Of a stretch of DNA of 64,000 nt, positions 28,651-41,750 are shown piece by piece (the first letter of the stretch is position 1; each line of letters opens with the position of its first letter). The position numbers were made by a program, and so were the translations under genes. A model generated the notes under the pieces. It worked only from the letters and a program-made list of their open reading frames with translations. It was not told the origin of the DNA and searched no databases. Source of the stretch: Minisyncoccota bacterium (GTDB taxonomy: Bacteria; Patescibacteriota; Minisyncoccia; Phycocordibacterales; Phycocordibacteraceae); NCBI GenBank assembly GCA_018062765.1, contig JAGORR010000001.1, positions 570,485 to 634,484 of the forward strand, given 5' to 3'.

Positions 28651-28754
28651 TAGCGTATAGCGTATAGCGTTTAGCAGGACACGCAAAGGAGGAAATGCGC
28701 CCAAGGGCGCATTTCCTCCTTCTTTTCTATACGCTGTACGCTGACAGCTATACG

Positions 28755-28757
<3 letters not shown>
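28651..28757. repeat. Composite palindromic element between rpoC stop and dnaG start: inverted heptamer arrays flanking a 16-bp perfect hairpin
   Basis: Left 28652-28676 AGCGTAT AGCGTAT AGCGTTT. Centre 28686-28721 AAGGAGGAAATGCGCC-caag-GGCGCATTTCCTCCTT. Right 28732-28756 ATACGCT GTACGCT GACAGCT ATACGCT. Confidence 0.55.
28686..28721. terminator. 16-bp perfect stem hairpin, likely terminator of rpoBC and/or dnaG leader structure
   Basis: Perfect palindrome seen in sequence. T-run CTTTTCT on the plus side. TTTGCG on the minus side. Confidence 0.45.
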
Positions 28758-32465
<3,708 letters not shown>

Positions 32466-32476
32466 AGAGGATTAGA

Positions 32477-35400
32477 TTAGCTGCGGTTCTTAGACTCTGC
32501 CGGCGCGTCGTCCAAGAGGTCGACGTCAAGCCCTAGTCCGCGAATCTGGTTAGTAAGCACCGAGAACGACGCCGGAGTGCCCGAGTGCGTCACCGGCTCG
32601 CTCTTCACGATGGCATCGAAGGCTGCGGAGCGGCCCTGGATGTCGTCCGACTTAATGGTGAGCATTTCGCGGAGCGTATAGGCAGCTCCATAACCAAGGA
32701 GTGCCCAGACTTCCATTTCTCCGAAGCGCTGACCGCCGTTCTGCGCCTTTCCGCCAAGCGGCTGCTGGGTGATAAGGGAGTACGGACCGATAGAGCGCAT
32801 GTGGATCTTGTCCTCCACCATGTGATGGAGTTTGAGAACGTACATGTACCCGACGGCGATATCCTGCGCGAACGACTCGCCGGTGCGGCCGTCGTAAAGC
32901 TTCACCTTGCCGGAGCGAGAGAGACCTGCCTTTTCAAGCTCGTCGGCAATCTCGTCAGCGGATGCTCCTGCGAACGGAGGCACGATGGCCTGGTAGCCCA
33001 AAGTGTGCGCCGCGATACCAAGATGCATCTCGAGAATCTGCCCGAGGTTCATGCGCGACGGAATACCAAGCGGCGTGAGGATGAGGTCGACCGGGTTTCC
33101 ATCCGTGTCGTACGGCATATCAGCAACCGGAAGGACGCGTGAGATAACACCCTTGTTACCGTGGCGGCCGGCGAGCTTGTCTCCGACTGAGACGTTGCGG
33201 GCCTGGGCAACAGTGACGACAATCTTCTTGATGATGCCGGTCTCGAGCTGGTCACCCTTCTCGCGAGAGAAGACGCGCACGCCAATCACGCGACCGCGCT
33301 TGCCGCCTTCCATTCGCAAGGAAGAGTCCTTCACGTCCTTTGCCTTGTCTCCGAAGATGGAGCGAAGGAGGCGCTCTTCAGGGGTAAGCTGCGTCTCGCC
33401 CTTTGGCGTCACCTTACCGACGAGGATGTCGCCTGGGCGCACTTCTGCACCGATACGAACGACTCCCTCCTCATCAAGGTTCTTAAGGCGCATCTCGCCC
33501 ACGTTAGGAATGTCGTGGGTCGTAACCTCGGCACCGAGCTTCGTGTCGCGCACGGCGCACTCGAAGTCCTCGATATGAATAGTAGTGAACTTGCTGTTCT
33601 CGACGAGGCGCTCGGAGACGATGATGGCGTCCTCGTAGTTAGCTCCGCTCCAGCTCATGAACGCGACACGCACGTTCTGACCAAGCGCGAGCTGGCCCTG
33701 GTCTGAGCTCGATGCATCCGCGAGCACATCACCCTTCTTCACCTTGTCGCCGTTACGGACGATAGGGCGCTGGTTGAAGGCTGAGTTCTGGTTGGTCTGG
33801 GTGAGCCCCTGGAGCTTGTACTCCTTCTTCTTGCCATCCTTGTTCTCGACAATAATCTTCCGAGCGTCCGCAAACGTAACTTCGCCCGCTTCCTGCGCGA
33901 TGACGAGGCGTCCTGTGTTGCGTGCCGCATGCGCCTCGATACCTGTAGCGACGAGCGGCGCCTCAGGGATAAGACATGGGGTTGCCTGCTTCTGCATGTT
34001 CGAACCCATCAATGCACGGTTAGCGTCGTCGTGGTCGACGAACGGCACCATCGCGGTTGCGACCGAGAACATCTGGTAGGTCGAGACGTCGATGAGGTCG
34101 ATGTCCTTGCGCTCGACGATTGCTGGCTCGCCGTTCTTGCGGGCCTCGATGGTCTCTGCGACGATCTTCCCCTTGTCGTCGAGCTTCGTTGCGCCGTGGG
34201 CGATGGTCTTTGACTCCTCTTCAAGTGCGTTGAGGTAGATGATCTCATCGGTGACGACGCCGTTCTTGACGACGACGTACGGGGTCTCGATAACGCCGAA
34301 CTCGTTCGTGCGTGCGTGTATCGCCATGCGGAGAATAAGGCCGATGTTCTGGCCTTCCGGCGTATGTATTGGGCAGAGGCGTCCGTAGTGAGATGGATGA
34401 ACGTCGCGAACCTCGAAGCCGGCGCGCTCGCGGGTGAGTCCGCCGGGACCGAGTGCAGAGAGCGTGCGCATGTTCTCGAGCTCAGCGAGGATGTTCTGCT
34501 GGTCCATGAACTGCGAGAGCTGGTTTGCCGTGAAGAACTCGCGGACCGACGCCTGGAATGGGCGCGGGTTGAGGAGCGCCATCGGCAAGGTCGTCTCCGA
34601 CTCGATGGTCGACATGCGGTCCTGGATGTTGCGCTTCATGCGCGACATTCCGACGCGCATGCGCGCCTGCAAGAGTTCACCGACGAAACGCACACGACGG
34701 AACCCGAGGTGGTCGATGTCGTCTGGAACCGCGTTCGGATCCGAGTTAAGTCGAGCAATCTCGCTGATGATGTTAACGAGGTCAGGGAGCGTCAAAGCGC
34801 GTGCCTCAAGAGCCTTTGCATCGAGCTTTCCGCCAAAGCGCTGGTTGAGGCGGTACCGTCCCACCTTATTAAGGTCGTAGCGGTCAGCGGCAAAGAGGGT
34901 CTTCACATACTCCCGAGCGTTGTCCGGGGTCGCAAGGTCGCCGTCGCGCATACGCTTGTGAATCTCGACATACGAATCGTCGAGCGTCTTCGCGGTATCG
35001 TGCGCAAGGGTTGCCTGAAGAGCGGCAACAGCAACCGGGTTACCCTTGAAGTGCTTGAGGATTGCTTCACCCTCTCCTGCGCCGAATATAGAGAGGAGGT
35101 TCGTTATCGGGAACTTGCGCTTGCGGTCGATCTTAACGAATACCGCGCCATCTGCCTCGGTATCGATCTCGATCCACACGCCGCGCGATGGGATGATTTT
35201 TGCACCGAAGTACTGCTTTCCGCGGATCATCTCGGAGATGAAGAACGCGCCGAACGATCGGGCGAGCTGCGGAACGATTGCGCGTTCAACACCAGACACG
35301 ATGAAGGACCCGTGCGGGGTCATGATAGGAAGGTCCGCGATGAAGATGTCCTGCGTCTTCTCGGTACCAAGCGTCTTATTGATGAGCTTTACAGAGACTT

Positions 35401-35665
35401 TGAGCGGCGCCTCGTATGCGCGCATGTTCTCGCGGGCGTACTCCTCGTCGTGCTTAGGCTCGCCAAGCTCAAATCCCTCGATCTTAAGCTCGAACTTCTT
35501 GCCGGAATAGTCAGGTATAGGAGAGAACTCCTTGAAAAGGTCCTTAAGCCCCTCGCGGAGGAGCCAGTCAAAGGACTCGCGCTGGTGAGCGACGAGGTCT
35601 GGGAAATCAACCTTGGGGGCGCGGAAGGCACCGAACGTCTTCTCCGGCAGGATCTTTTTCGGCAT
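32477..35665 (-). CDS. rpoB: DNA-directed RNA polymerase subunit beta
   Basis: 1062 aa from MPKKILPEKTFGAF (the N-terminus aligns with RpoB consensus). Conserved core motifs. 11-nt gap to rpoC. Confidence 0.95.
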   Translation of the reverse strand: MPKKILPEKTFGAFRAPKVDFPDLVAHQRESFDWLLREGLKDLFKEFSPIPDYSGKKFELKIEGFELGEPKHDEEYARENMRAYEAPLKVSVKLINKTLGTEKTQDIFIADLPIMTPHGSFIVSGVERAIVPQLARSFGAFFISEMIRGKQYFGAKIIPSRGVWIEIDTEADGAVFVKIDRKRKFPITNLLSIFGAGEGEAILKHFKGNPVAVAALQATLAHDTAKTLDDSYVEIHKRMRDGDLATPDNAREYVKTLFAADRYDLNKVGRYRLNQRFGGKLDAKALEARALTLPDLVNIISEIARLNSDPNAVPDDIDHLGFRRVRFVGELLQARMRVGMSRMKRNIQDRMSTIESETTLPMALLNPRPFQASVREFFTANQLSQFMDQQNILAELENMRTLSALGPGGLTRERAGFEVRDVHPSHYGRLCPIHTPEGQNIGLILRMAIHARTNEFGVIETPYVVVKNGVVTDEIIYLNALEEESKTIAHGATKLDDKGKIVAETIEARKNGEPAIVERKDIDLIDVSTYQMFSVATAMVPFVDHDDANRALMGSNMQKQATPCLIPEAPLVATGIEAHAARNTGRLVIAQEAGEVTFADARKIIVENKDGKKKEYKLQGLTQTNQNSAFNQRPIVRNGDKVKKGDVLADASSSDQGQLALGQNVRVAFMSWSGANYEDAIIVSERLVENSKFTTIHIEDFECAVRDTKLGAEVTTHDIPNVGEMRLKNLDEEGVVRIGAEVRPGDILVGKVTPKGETQLTPEERLLRSIFGDKAKDVKDSSLRMEGGKRGRVIGVRVFSREKGDQLETGIIKKIVVTVAQARNVSVGDKLAGRHGNKGVISRVLPVADMPYDTDGNPVDLILTPLGIPSRMNLGQILEMHLGIAAHTLGYQAIVPPFAGASADEIADELEKAGLSRSGKVKLYDGRTGESFAQDIAVGYMYVLKLHHMVEDKIHMRSIGPYSLITQQPLGGKAQNGGQRFGEMEVWALLGYGAAYTLREMLTIKSDDIQGRSAAFDAIVKSEPVTHSGTPASFSVLTNQIRGLGLDVDLLDDAPAESKNRS

Positions 35666-35876
35666 GTGGGATTCGTGTGAAAGGGTCGGAAAAGGATTCG
35701 TTCGTATATGCACGCATACGAACACGCTCTCGCGTTTTCCGCTTCCGCTGGTAATTATTGGGTGTCCCGCCCGCCAGAGTCTCCCCGTGACTCAATCTTT
35801 TCTGGTTATGCACACTATATAGCCCCTCCGGGAGGCGGTCAATCCCCTGCCGGGGGCCCGGTCTGTGGAAAAGGTA

Positions 35877-35902
35877 AAAGGGCGGCCTAGTGGCCGCCCT
35901 TT
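35877..35902 (-). terminator. Intrinsic terminator after the small membrane-protein gene, within the rpoB leader
   Basis: AAAGGGCGGCC-acta-GGCCGCCCTTT followed on the minus strand by TACCTTTTCC. Confidence 0.55.
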
Positions 35903-35919
35903 AGGGTCGAAGTCCGGTC

Positions 35920-36276
35920 TCAAGCGAGAGCCTGCCGGTCCTCCTCCTCAAGCCGCGAACGGATAAGGAGGAAGAGTACGGTCATCATCAGAATGACGAC
36001 GACGGTAGCACCGACTTGCGCGTAGACGCCGAGGTCAGGAATGAAGAACGCCCTCATGACGCCAAGCGCGATGAAGAAGCTCAGCAGAAGAAGCGGAAGC
36101 CGGCGGATGTTCTCGTCCTGCTTAATTGCGAACGCCGTTGGCAGGATGAGCACGAGGCCGATCGGCACGATTGGCGCAGATATTCCAAGCGGGACGCCGA
36201 TCAGACTCCCGCTCAAAACGGACGCGAACAGAACGATGCACGTAAGCATAGCGACCGTACTCCAGTACCTTTTCAT
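35920..36276 (-). CDS. Small membrane protein (3-4 TM)
   Basis: 118 aa hydrophobic ORF between the PspA terminators and the rpoB leader. Confidence 0.45.
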   Translation of the reverse strand: MKRYWSTVAMLTCIVLFASVLSGSLIGVPLGISAPIVPIGLVLILPTAFAIKQDENIRRLPLLLLSFFIALGVMRAFFIPDLGVYAQVGATVVVILMMTVLFLLIRSRLEEEDRQALA

Positions 36277-36340
36277 AGGACTTCTCCCTTCCCTGTTGAT
36301 TCAGGTCTGAACGCATTATGCCACAGGTTCAGGAAAACAG

Positions 36341-36398
36341 AAACCCGCGCCACAGGTGGCGCGGGTAAAAGAAAGGGCGGGGTCCGTAGACCCCGCCC
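36341..36398 (-). terminator. Two tandem terminator hairpins downstream of pspA
   Basis: 36344-36365 CCCGCGCCAC-ag-GTGGCGCGGG. 36375-36398 GGGCGGGGTC-cgta-GACCCCGCCC. T-rich run follows on the minus strand. Confidence 0.55.
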
Positions 36399-36439
36399 AA
36401 GATGCCTTGTCCTATCGGATGAGGAACGTTGTTTTCGCC

Positions 36440-37153
36440 TTAGGCGGCTTCGGCCGGCTTTTGGGCCTCGGCCTTGATTGCCGCCTTGCGCTTCGCGATG
36501 TTCGCCGCGGCGGTCGCAGCGCGAGCCGCTTCCGCCGGGGAGTCGCTGATGCCCTCGAGCGCCTGGTCGAACTTGGAGTTCGTGGCGATTGACTGCTCGC
36601 GCATGCGGCGCGCGATGTCGTCCACGGACACGTCGGCGCCGGAGTTCCCGAGCGAGCGCACGGCCTTGATGGCCCGCGTCGCGCGGTTCTTCGCCGCCAT
36701 CGATGCCTGCTGACGCTCGAGCTTGACGACGGCGTTCACCATCTCGGTGTGCCGCGCCTTCACCTTCTCGTACGCACCCGAGAGGCCGCTGACGGTCTCC
36801 TCGGCTTCGGCGAGAGTCGCCTTCGCCTCGTCGAGCTCGCTCGCCTTCGTGAGACGGTGACCCTCGATGACCACCGCGTGGTGATCATTCGTGTCGTCGT
36901 CGTCCGACAACAGGGACTCGATGTTCGAATCCATGGTCTCGATCGCGGCCTCGAGGCCGGCGATGTCCTGCACGAGTGCCGATTTGCGACCCTTGGCGAT
37001 GGCGAACTCGTCGCCGAGTTCCTCCTTCGCCTTCTCCAGGTCGCGGACGTAGACCTTGATCGCGTCGACCGAATTGAGGTCGATCGCCCGGTCCAACAGG
37101 CCGTGAATGGTGCTGCGCACCAGAACGCTCATCTTCTCGAAGATGGTTGCCAT
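36440..37153 (-). CDS. pspA: PspA/IM30 (phage-shock protein A / Vipp1 family)
   Basis: N-terminal MATIFEKMSVLVRSTIHGLLDRAIDL...YVRDLEKA aligns to PspA. Coiled-coil throughout. 237 aa. Confidence 0.8.
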   Translation of the reverse strand: MATIFEKMSVLVRSTIHGLLDRAIDLNSVDAIKVYVRDLEKAKEELGDEFAIAKGRKSALVQDIAGLEAAIETMDSNIESLLSDDDDTNDHHAVVIEGHRLTKASELDEAKATLAEAEETVSGLSGAYEKVKARHTEMVNAVVKLERQQASMAAKNRATRAIKAVRSLGNSGADVSVDDIARRMREQSIATNSKFDQALEGISDSPAEAARAATAAANIAKRKAAIKAEAQKPAEAA

Positions 37154-37184
37154 GACTGTACTCTCCTTCTCACGTTGAACTCAG

Positions 37185-37212
37185 GGTGATACGGCACCAT
37201 TGCCGTATCACC
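37185..37212 (-). promoter_or_regulatory. Intercistronic 12-bp stem hairpin overlapping the TPM-gene stop codon, upstream of the pspA SD
   Basis: GGTGATACGGCA-ccat-TGCCGTATCACC. The pspA SD AGAAGGAGAG follows. Confidence 0.4.
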
Positions 37213-39547
37213 AACTGCTCGAACTGCCCCCGAAATCACTACTGCCGAAGCTCGAAGAGCTTCCGCCGAAGTCTGAGGACGAACTCGAACTGGAGCTTGA
37301 ACTGCTGCCCCAGGAACTGCCACCGTAATCAGTGTGGCTGCTGCCGACGATGATGGTCGAGTTTCCCCATCCATCACCGCTGCGGCGACTGCTCGCTTGC
37401 GCACGGCGCACTTCGGCACGTCGCCGTGCTTGCGCGCGGCCGTGCTCGGCACTCCGGACGTCGCCTTCCGCCTTCGCAAGCGCGCCATCCGCGGACTGAT
37501 CCGCAGCTTTCGCGTGCTTGAGTGCGTCAGCGAGATCGCTTGAACGCCGCGCCATCTCGAGCTTCTTCCTTGCGGAAGCGAGCCCGAGCCGCGCATCGTC
37601 GAGGACGTCCTGCTCGTGGATGGCGATATAGGAATCGGCAGCACGTATCGAACGCTCCGCTTCTTCAAGCGTGCTTTTGAGATTGCGGCGCATGCGCGCC
37701 ACAAGCTCGACGGCGTCGCCTGCAGATGCTCGTACCCGGTCGGCCTGTCTGTTCGCCGAGAGGGCGAGCTTCACGACCTTAAGGTACTCGGGCTGAGACT
37801 TCTCAGCCTCCTCCTTTGCCTCGACCAGCTTCCGGTGCGCTTCCTTGAGCTCCCTTTCGAGAGCGTCGAGGTCTACATCAGACGCGTGGTCGCGAAGATA
37901 GAGCGACGCGGCGCCGATATCGGCATCCGCAAGCGCAATCTCTTCGGGCGCCTTGGCTTTCGCGTCGGCCAGGTCGGCAGCAAGCGTCTCGATACTCGAC
38001 AGGAGCTGTGCCGCTTCTTCGAGGCGGCGTTCAGCTTTCGCAAGCTGCTCGTCAGCTCCCGCCCAGTTCTGCTTCTCCATGGAGAGCGATGCAGTCGCTT
38101 TCTCAAGGCCGCGCGTGGCGCCCTCAAGCCGCTTCCCTGCTTCGGTGCCGTTACCGGCTACCGGCGCGAGCGAAGACACGACAAACTCTGCTTCCATGGA
38201 TTGGTAGATGGCGCGCGCAGACGCAATACGCGTTTGCGTTTCGCGGATACGCGCATCGATGCGGTCGGCGCGCGCAGTGAGCGCGAGCTGCTGCGCAGGC
38301 AATGCCTGCGCATCTGCTACCGCTTCTCTTGCGAGCGCGGTCGCCTGCCTCATCAGCTCGATGGCGTCGCCGAAGCGTCGCGCACCGAGCGTACCCGAGG
38401 CATCCTTCATCAGAGCGTCGGCGCGGCCGATCTTCTCGACCGCCACTTCTGCCCTGAGTCCCTTCGCTGTGACGAGCTCGACCGTCTTGCGGCTTTCGGC
38501 GAGGACGCTTTCGGTCCTCGCCACTCCGGCCGCTGCGGTCTTGATCACCCGATCGATCTCGTTCGCACCACTCTTGATGCCGCTTGCGCGACCGCCAAGA
38601 CCCGCGAGTCCCTTTGCGAGGTTCTCGTACTTCTCGGCGATCTGCTCGCACTCAAGTGCAGTTCTTTCGGGCTCGTCAGGGTTGTTCGTCGAATGCCCCG
38701 CAAGCTGGCCGAACTCCGCTCGGAGCGTGTCCACTTCGCGAGTGATGTTGTTGAGCTCGGTTTCAAGCGAGCTCACATCTTCCGCGGACGAACGGCTTTT
38801 GACGCTTGCAATCAGCGCCGCGAGCGGTGCGATCTCCTCGTCGATAGCGTTGATGGCGGTGCTGCATGCGGCCTTAGCCGAGCGAGCACGCCCCTTCGCA
38901 GCCGAGAGCTTCTCGGCTCGCTCGCGCCACGACTCGAACACTCGCCATCCGAAGAGGGCGAGGCCGCCGGTGGCAACCAGGATGACGATCCACATGAGAA
39001 CCGACCATAGGCCAGAGAAATCGACCGGCTTCGACGGCTCCACCGGTTTAGGGTTGAGCTGTGCGTCGAGCGCGGTTGCGACCGCTTGGAGAGTCTTTGT
39101 GTACGCGCCGACCATGTCGCCGTCGCGCAGCCTCGGACTCATCTCTCGCTCCATGATCGCCTCGGATTTCCCGGCACTAAGCGCCGGGTTCCAGAGCGAA
39201 CCGAAGAAGAGACCCTTCTTGCGCTCCTCGACGGAGATGATGAGCAACACGAGGTTGTTCTTCACTCCGCGACTCGTGTCCTGCCATGAGGGACACTGGT
39301 CCTTCACGGCGCGAACGTAGCGGTCGAGGGTGGGCGAACCATTGAGGTTCGGGATGGTGCGAACGCGAACGTCGGCACCCAGATTCGCGACTTTCTCGGC
39401 AGCTGCAGTGACCTCAGAGAGACCACTGCCAAAGAGATTCGCCTCATCGGCCACCAGGGCGTCGCAGTTGTATGCGGCGCTTGAGGGGACAATCAGGGCG
39501 AAAGCGAGCAGGATGAGCACGCCGAGGCGTGCGAGCATCTTGTTCAT
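37208..39547 (-). CDS. TPM-domain (YgcG/TLP18.3-like) membrane protein with ~500-aa coiled-coil region and Ser/Gly-rich C-terminal tail
   Basis: Signal peptide. TPM-like N domain (DEANLFGSGLSE...NLVLLIISVEERKKGLFFG). TM helix. Long Ala/Glu/Arg-rich coiled coil. Tail GGSSWGSSSSSSSSSSSDFGGSSSSFGSSDFGGSSSSW. 779 aa. Confidence 0.7.
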   Translation of the reverse strand: MNKMLARLGVLILLAFALIVPSSAAYNCDALVADEANLFGSGLSEVTAAAEKVANLGADVRVRTIPNLNGSPTLDRYVRAVKDQCPSWQDTSRGVKNNLVLLIISVEERKKGLFFGSLWNPALSAGKSEAIMEREMSPRLRDGDMVGAYTKTLQAVATALDAQLNPKPVEPSKPVDFSGLWSVLMWIVILVATGGLALFGWRVFESWRERAEKLSAAKGRARSAKAACSTAINAIDEEIAPLAALIASVKSRSSAEDVSSLETELNNITREVDTLRAEFGQLAGHSTNNPDEPERTALECEQIAEKYENLAKGLAGLGGRASGIKSGANEIDRVIKTAAAGVARTESVLAESRKTVELVTAKGLRAEVAVEKIGRADALMKDASGTLGARRFGDAIELMRQATALAREAVADAQALPAQQLALTARADRIDARIRETQTRIASARAIYQSMEAEFVVSSLAPVAGNGTEAGKRLEGATRGLEKATASLSMEKQNWAGADEQLAKAERRLEEAAQLLSSIETLAADLADAKAKAPEEIALADADIGAASLYLRDHASDVDLDALERELKEAHRKLVEAKEEAEKSQPEYLKVVKLALSANRQADRVRASAGDAVELVARMRRNLKSTLEEAERSIRAADSYIAIHEQDVLDDARLGLASARKKLEMARRSSDLADALKHAKAADQSADGALAKAEGDVRSAEHGRAQARRRAEVRRAQASSRRSGDGWGNSTIIVGSSHTDYGGSSWGSSSSSSSSSSSDFGGSSSSFGSSDFGGSSSSW

Positions 39548-39581
39548 GCCGTTATTCCTTTCTTTTTTCCGATAGGGTTGG

Positions 39582-39607
39582 CAAAAAACAATCCCGCAGA
39601 ATGCGGG
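39582..39607 (-). promoter_or_regulatory. Terminator-like hairpin plus U-tract in the leader of the TPM-pspA operon (candidate attenuator)
   Basis: On the minus strand: CCCGCA-ttc-TGCGGG followed by ATTGTTTTTTGCC. Lies between the promoter and the SD. Confidence 0.35.
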
Positions 39608-39620
39608 TACACCGTCGGTG

Positions 39621-39649
39621 ATTTAAGCAGTATTTGTATGTTTTGTCAA
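39621..39649 (-). promoter_or_regulatory. Candidate sigma70-type promoter (TTGACA, 17-nt spacer, TTAAAT) for the TPM-pspA operon
   Basis: Reverse complement of 39644-39649 is TTGACA. Reverse complement of 39621-39626 is TTAAAT. Confidence 0.45.
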
Positions 39650-39680
39650 ACAGTCTAGGGAGCGGCTACTTTACGCAAAA

Positions 39681-39703
39681 CCCGCGCCATTTTGTAGCGC
39701 GGG
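39681..39703 (-). terminator. Terminator hairpin after the membrane-protein gene (CCCGCGC family)
   Basis: CCCGCGC-cattttgta-GCGCGGG with a flanking A/T run. Confidence 0.45.
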
Positions 39704-39713
39704 TTGTCTCGTT

Positions 39714-40274
39714 TCAGGTCTCGCGTTCGGTGTTTTCGCGCGGAACTGACTGGAATCGAATCACCTTCCCGGTCCCGGGCGTGTGCACGAAATCCATGTG
39801 CTCATGGTTGTGCTCGAATGCCACGACTTCCTCGGGCGGCACTTCAGCCTCGAACTGCGAGAAATCGGGAATTCCTGCAGCACGCTCTGCCTCGGCGAGG
39901 TCGTCGAATCGCTTCGCGATTCCACCTCCCACAAGGGACATCGTAAGCGGGATGAAGAAGTATAGTAGGAAGGCGTTCCACCATGCGTCGAACGGCGGTT
40001 GGCCGATATCGACGAATGCCTTGATACCGAACCAGAAGCCGACAAGAAGGACGAATGTGATACCGACCGCCTGCAGCCATTGGATGGCCCCAAGGGTCCA
40101 TCGGTCCGTAATCGTCCTAAAGACCCAGTGGACTCCGATGAACACGCCCGATGTCGCGGTCACGACCGAGAGCGGATGCCCGAACCCGAAGTAGAGAGGC
40201 ACCGCGACGATTGCAAAAACGAATCCGGACGCGATACCAGCGATGACATGTACGCGCAGCGATGACCAAGGCAT
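39714..40274 (-). CDS. Membrane protein (4 TM) with acidic C-terminal tail
   Basis: 186 aa hydrophobic ORF. Confidence 0.45.
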   Translation of the reverse strand: MPWSSLRVHVIAGIASGFVFAIVAVPLYFGFGHPLSVVTATSGVFIGVHWVFRTITDRWTLGAIQWLQAVGITFVLLVGFWFGIKAFVDIGQPPFDAWWNAFLLYFFIPLTMSLVGGGIAKRFDDLAEAERAAGIPDFSQFEAEVPPEEVVAFEHNHEHMDFVHTPGTGKVIRFQSVPRENTERET

Positions 40275-40360
40275 GAGGAACCTCCTGTTATACGCCTCGA
40301 ACTACATCTGCACTTACCCTACTCCGGCAAACAGTTGCGTCAATTAGTATCTGTACAAAG

Positions 40361-40390
40361 AAAACCCGCGCCACAAGTGGCGCGGGTTTT
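40361..40390. terminator. Perfect 14-bp palindromic terminator (CCCGCGC family)
   Basis: AAAACCCGCGCCAC-aa-GTGGCGCGGGTTTT. Confidence 0.55.
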
Positions 40391-40416
40391 AGTATCAGGA
40401 GCTCGAAAGATTTGAA

Positions 40417-40923
40417 TCACCTGGATATGTTCGCGAGATTGGTTGCGACTTCATGATCATGAAGCGCGTAGAGACCCGCGGCGTACGTGAAGTGGAGCAC
40501 CACCATCGCCGCAAGCTGTGCGAAGAATCCGTCCGAAATGCCGTACGTAGCGAGCTCACCGAACGCGAGCGTAAGCCACAGAAAGGCAAAACTCGCGAGC
40601 ATGGTCCGGAACCGCCCGTAGTACCTCAGGGTCGCCTGCTCGAACGGGGATTTCTCCGAATTACCCCTAGCCGTCTCCACGCGGTACGCCGTGACGGCAG
40701 AGAACAGGGCGCGCAGTCCCAAATACGCGCCGAAAGCCGCGTACAACCAGCCGCCAGGCATATCCCAGTTGGTGGCGAGGATGAGGATGATGCCGGCGAT
40801 TGTCGTCGCCAGAAATCCAGTTGCCGCGAGCCTCAAGCTCGAGCAGTTGAAGAAGTGGGTGGACCAGGCGATGAACGGCCCGTACAGGCGGTTCATGTAC
40901 CAGGTATCGAGCGTATCGAACAT
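40417..40923 (-). CDS. Membrane protein (4-5 TM)
   Basis: 168 aa hydrophobic ORF. Confidence 0.45.
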   Translation of the reverse strand: MFDTLDTWYMNRLYGPFIAWSTHFFNCSSLRLAATGFLATTIAGIILILATNWDMPGGWLYAAFGAYLGLRALFSAVTAYRVETARGNSEKSPFEQATLRYYGRFRTMLASFAFLWLTLAFGELATYGISDGFFAQLAAMVVLHFTYAAGLYALHDHEVATNLANISR

Positions 40924-41072
40924 GGGAAATCCTCCTTGGTTGCTTCCCTATCTGGCCGCATCATGCGGCACGCGACTTAAAAATCAAGCACGGTAACTAG
41001 GGCGAAGCCAAGCCAAACTAATCAGCCAAAACGAATCTGGCGGTAGAAATGAAGGACGGCCTATTGAATATT

Positions 41073-41750
41073 CTAGTTATCTTGGCAACGAGAAATTACT
41101 TGGTCGAAAACTGGCTTTGTGGAGGAAGCAGCGCTCAGCATATTTGAGTGCAAATTGTTCGGCACTAGAATTAATTGCTGTCGCATCTTATTGATATTAT
41201 TTAGCGCGGAAAGCTGAATTGTAAGCGATGCATACAAATCCATGCATTCCTGAGATTTCCGCAGAATTCTGTCCCAGTGAGCGATGTAATGCTCGACTGA
41301 AAAATCTCTCCAAAACACAGTATTTGGGTCATTTGTTAGATCATTGATAACGCTGGTTAGATGTATGTAATTTCTGTTGTTCTCCTCCTTGATGAAGTTC
41401 TCGGAACGATTGTACTCTTCGGTGTTCTCCACATAAAACTGCGTAGATACAAAGAGGATAGATACGATTACACTAAGGACGCCAACGATGGTTTGATGTC
41501 GGGATAAAGTACTTCTCTCATTCTCTGACATGAACACGTACCAAACAATTACAAAAAGTAGCAGGAACAGGAGCGTATGCGGATTGGGTATATCGATACT
41601 AAACGAGTAAGTCGCAGCAAAGTATAAGAGCACAGTGAGTAACGGAACTAAAACGACTTGCATTAAGTCGCGATTGTTTCTTGTGTAGACTTCCACCTGT
41701 TTTGACAGCCCTACAAACCATTCCCTAGCTCTCGAAGTATGTTTACTCAT
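41073..41750 (-). CDS. Membrane protein encoded in a markedly AT-rich segment (probable foreign origin)
   Basis: 225 aa. Local composition and codon usage (many AAT/ATT/TTT) are clearly lower GC than the flanks. 4 TM helices. Confidence 0.5.
   Translation of the reverse strand: MSKHTSRAREWFVGLSKQVEVYTRNNRDLMQVVLVPLLTVLLYFAATYSFSIDIPNPHTLLFLLLFVIVWYVFMSENERSTLSRHQTIVGVLSVIVSILFVSTQFYVENTEEYNRSENFIKEENNRNYIHLTSVINDLTNDPNTVFWRDFSVEHYIAHWDRILRKSQECMDLYASLTIQLSALNNINKMRQQLILVPNNLHSNMLSAASSTKPVFDQVISRCQDN

Noticed and set aside
37616-39010. 464-aa plus-strand ORF, and other ORFs antisense to the TPM gene
   Set aside because: They are antisense to a gene with a clear signal peptide, TPM domain, coiled coil and Ser tail. 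Their composition is Arg-rich with no motifs.
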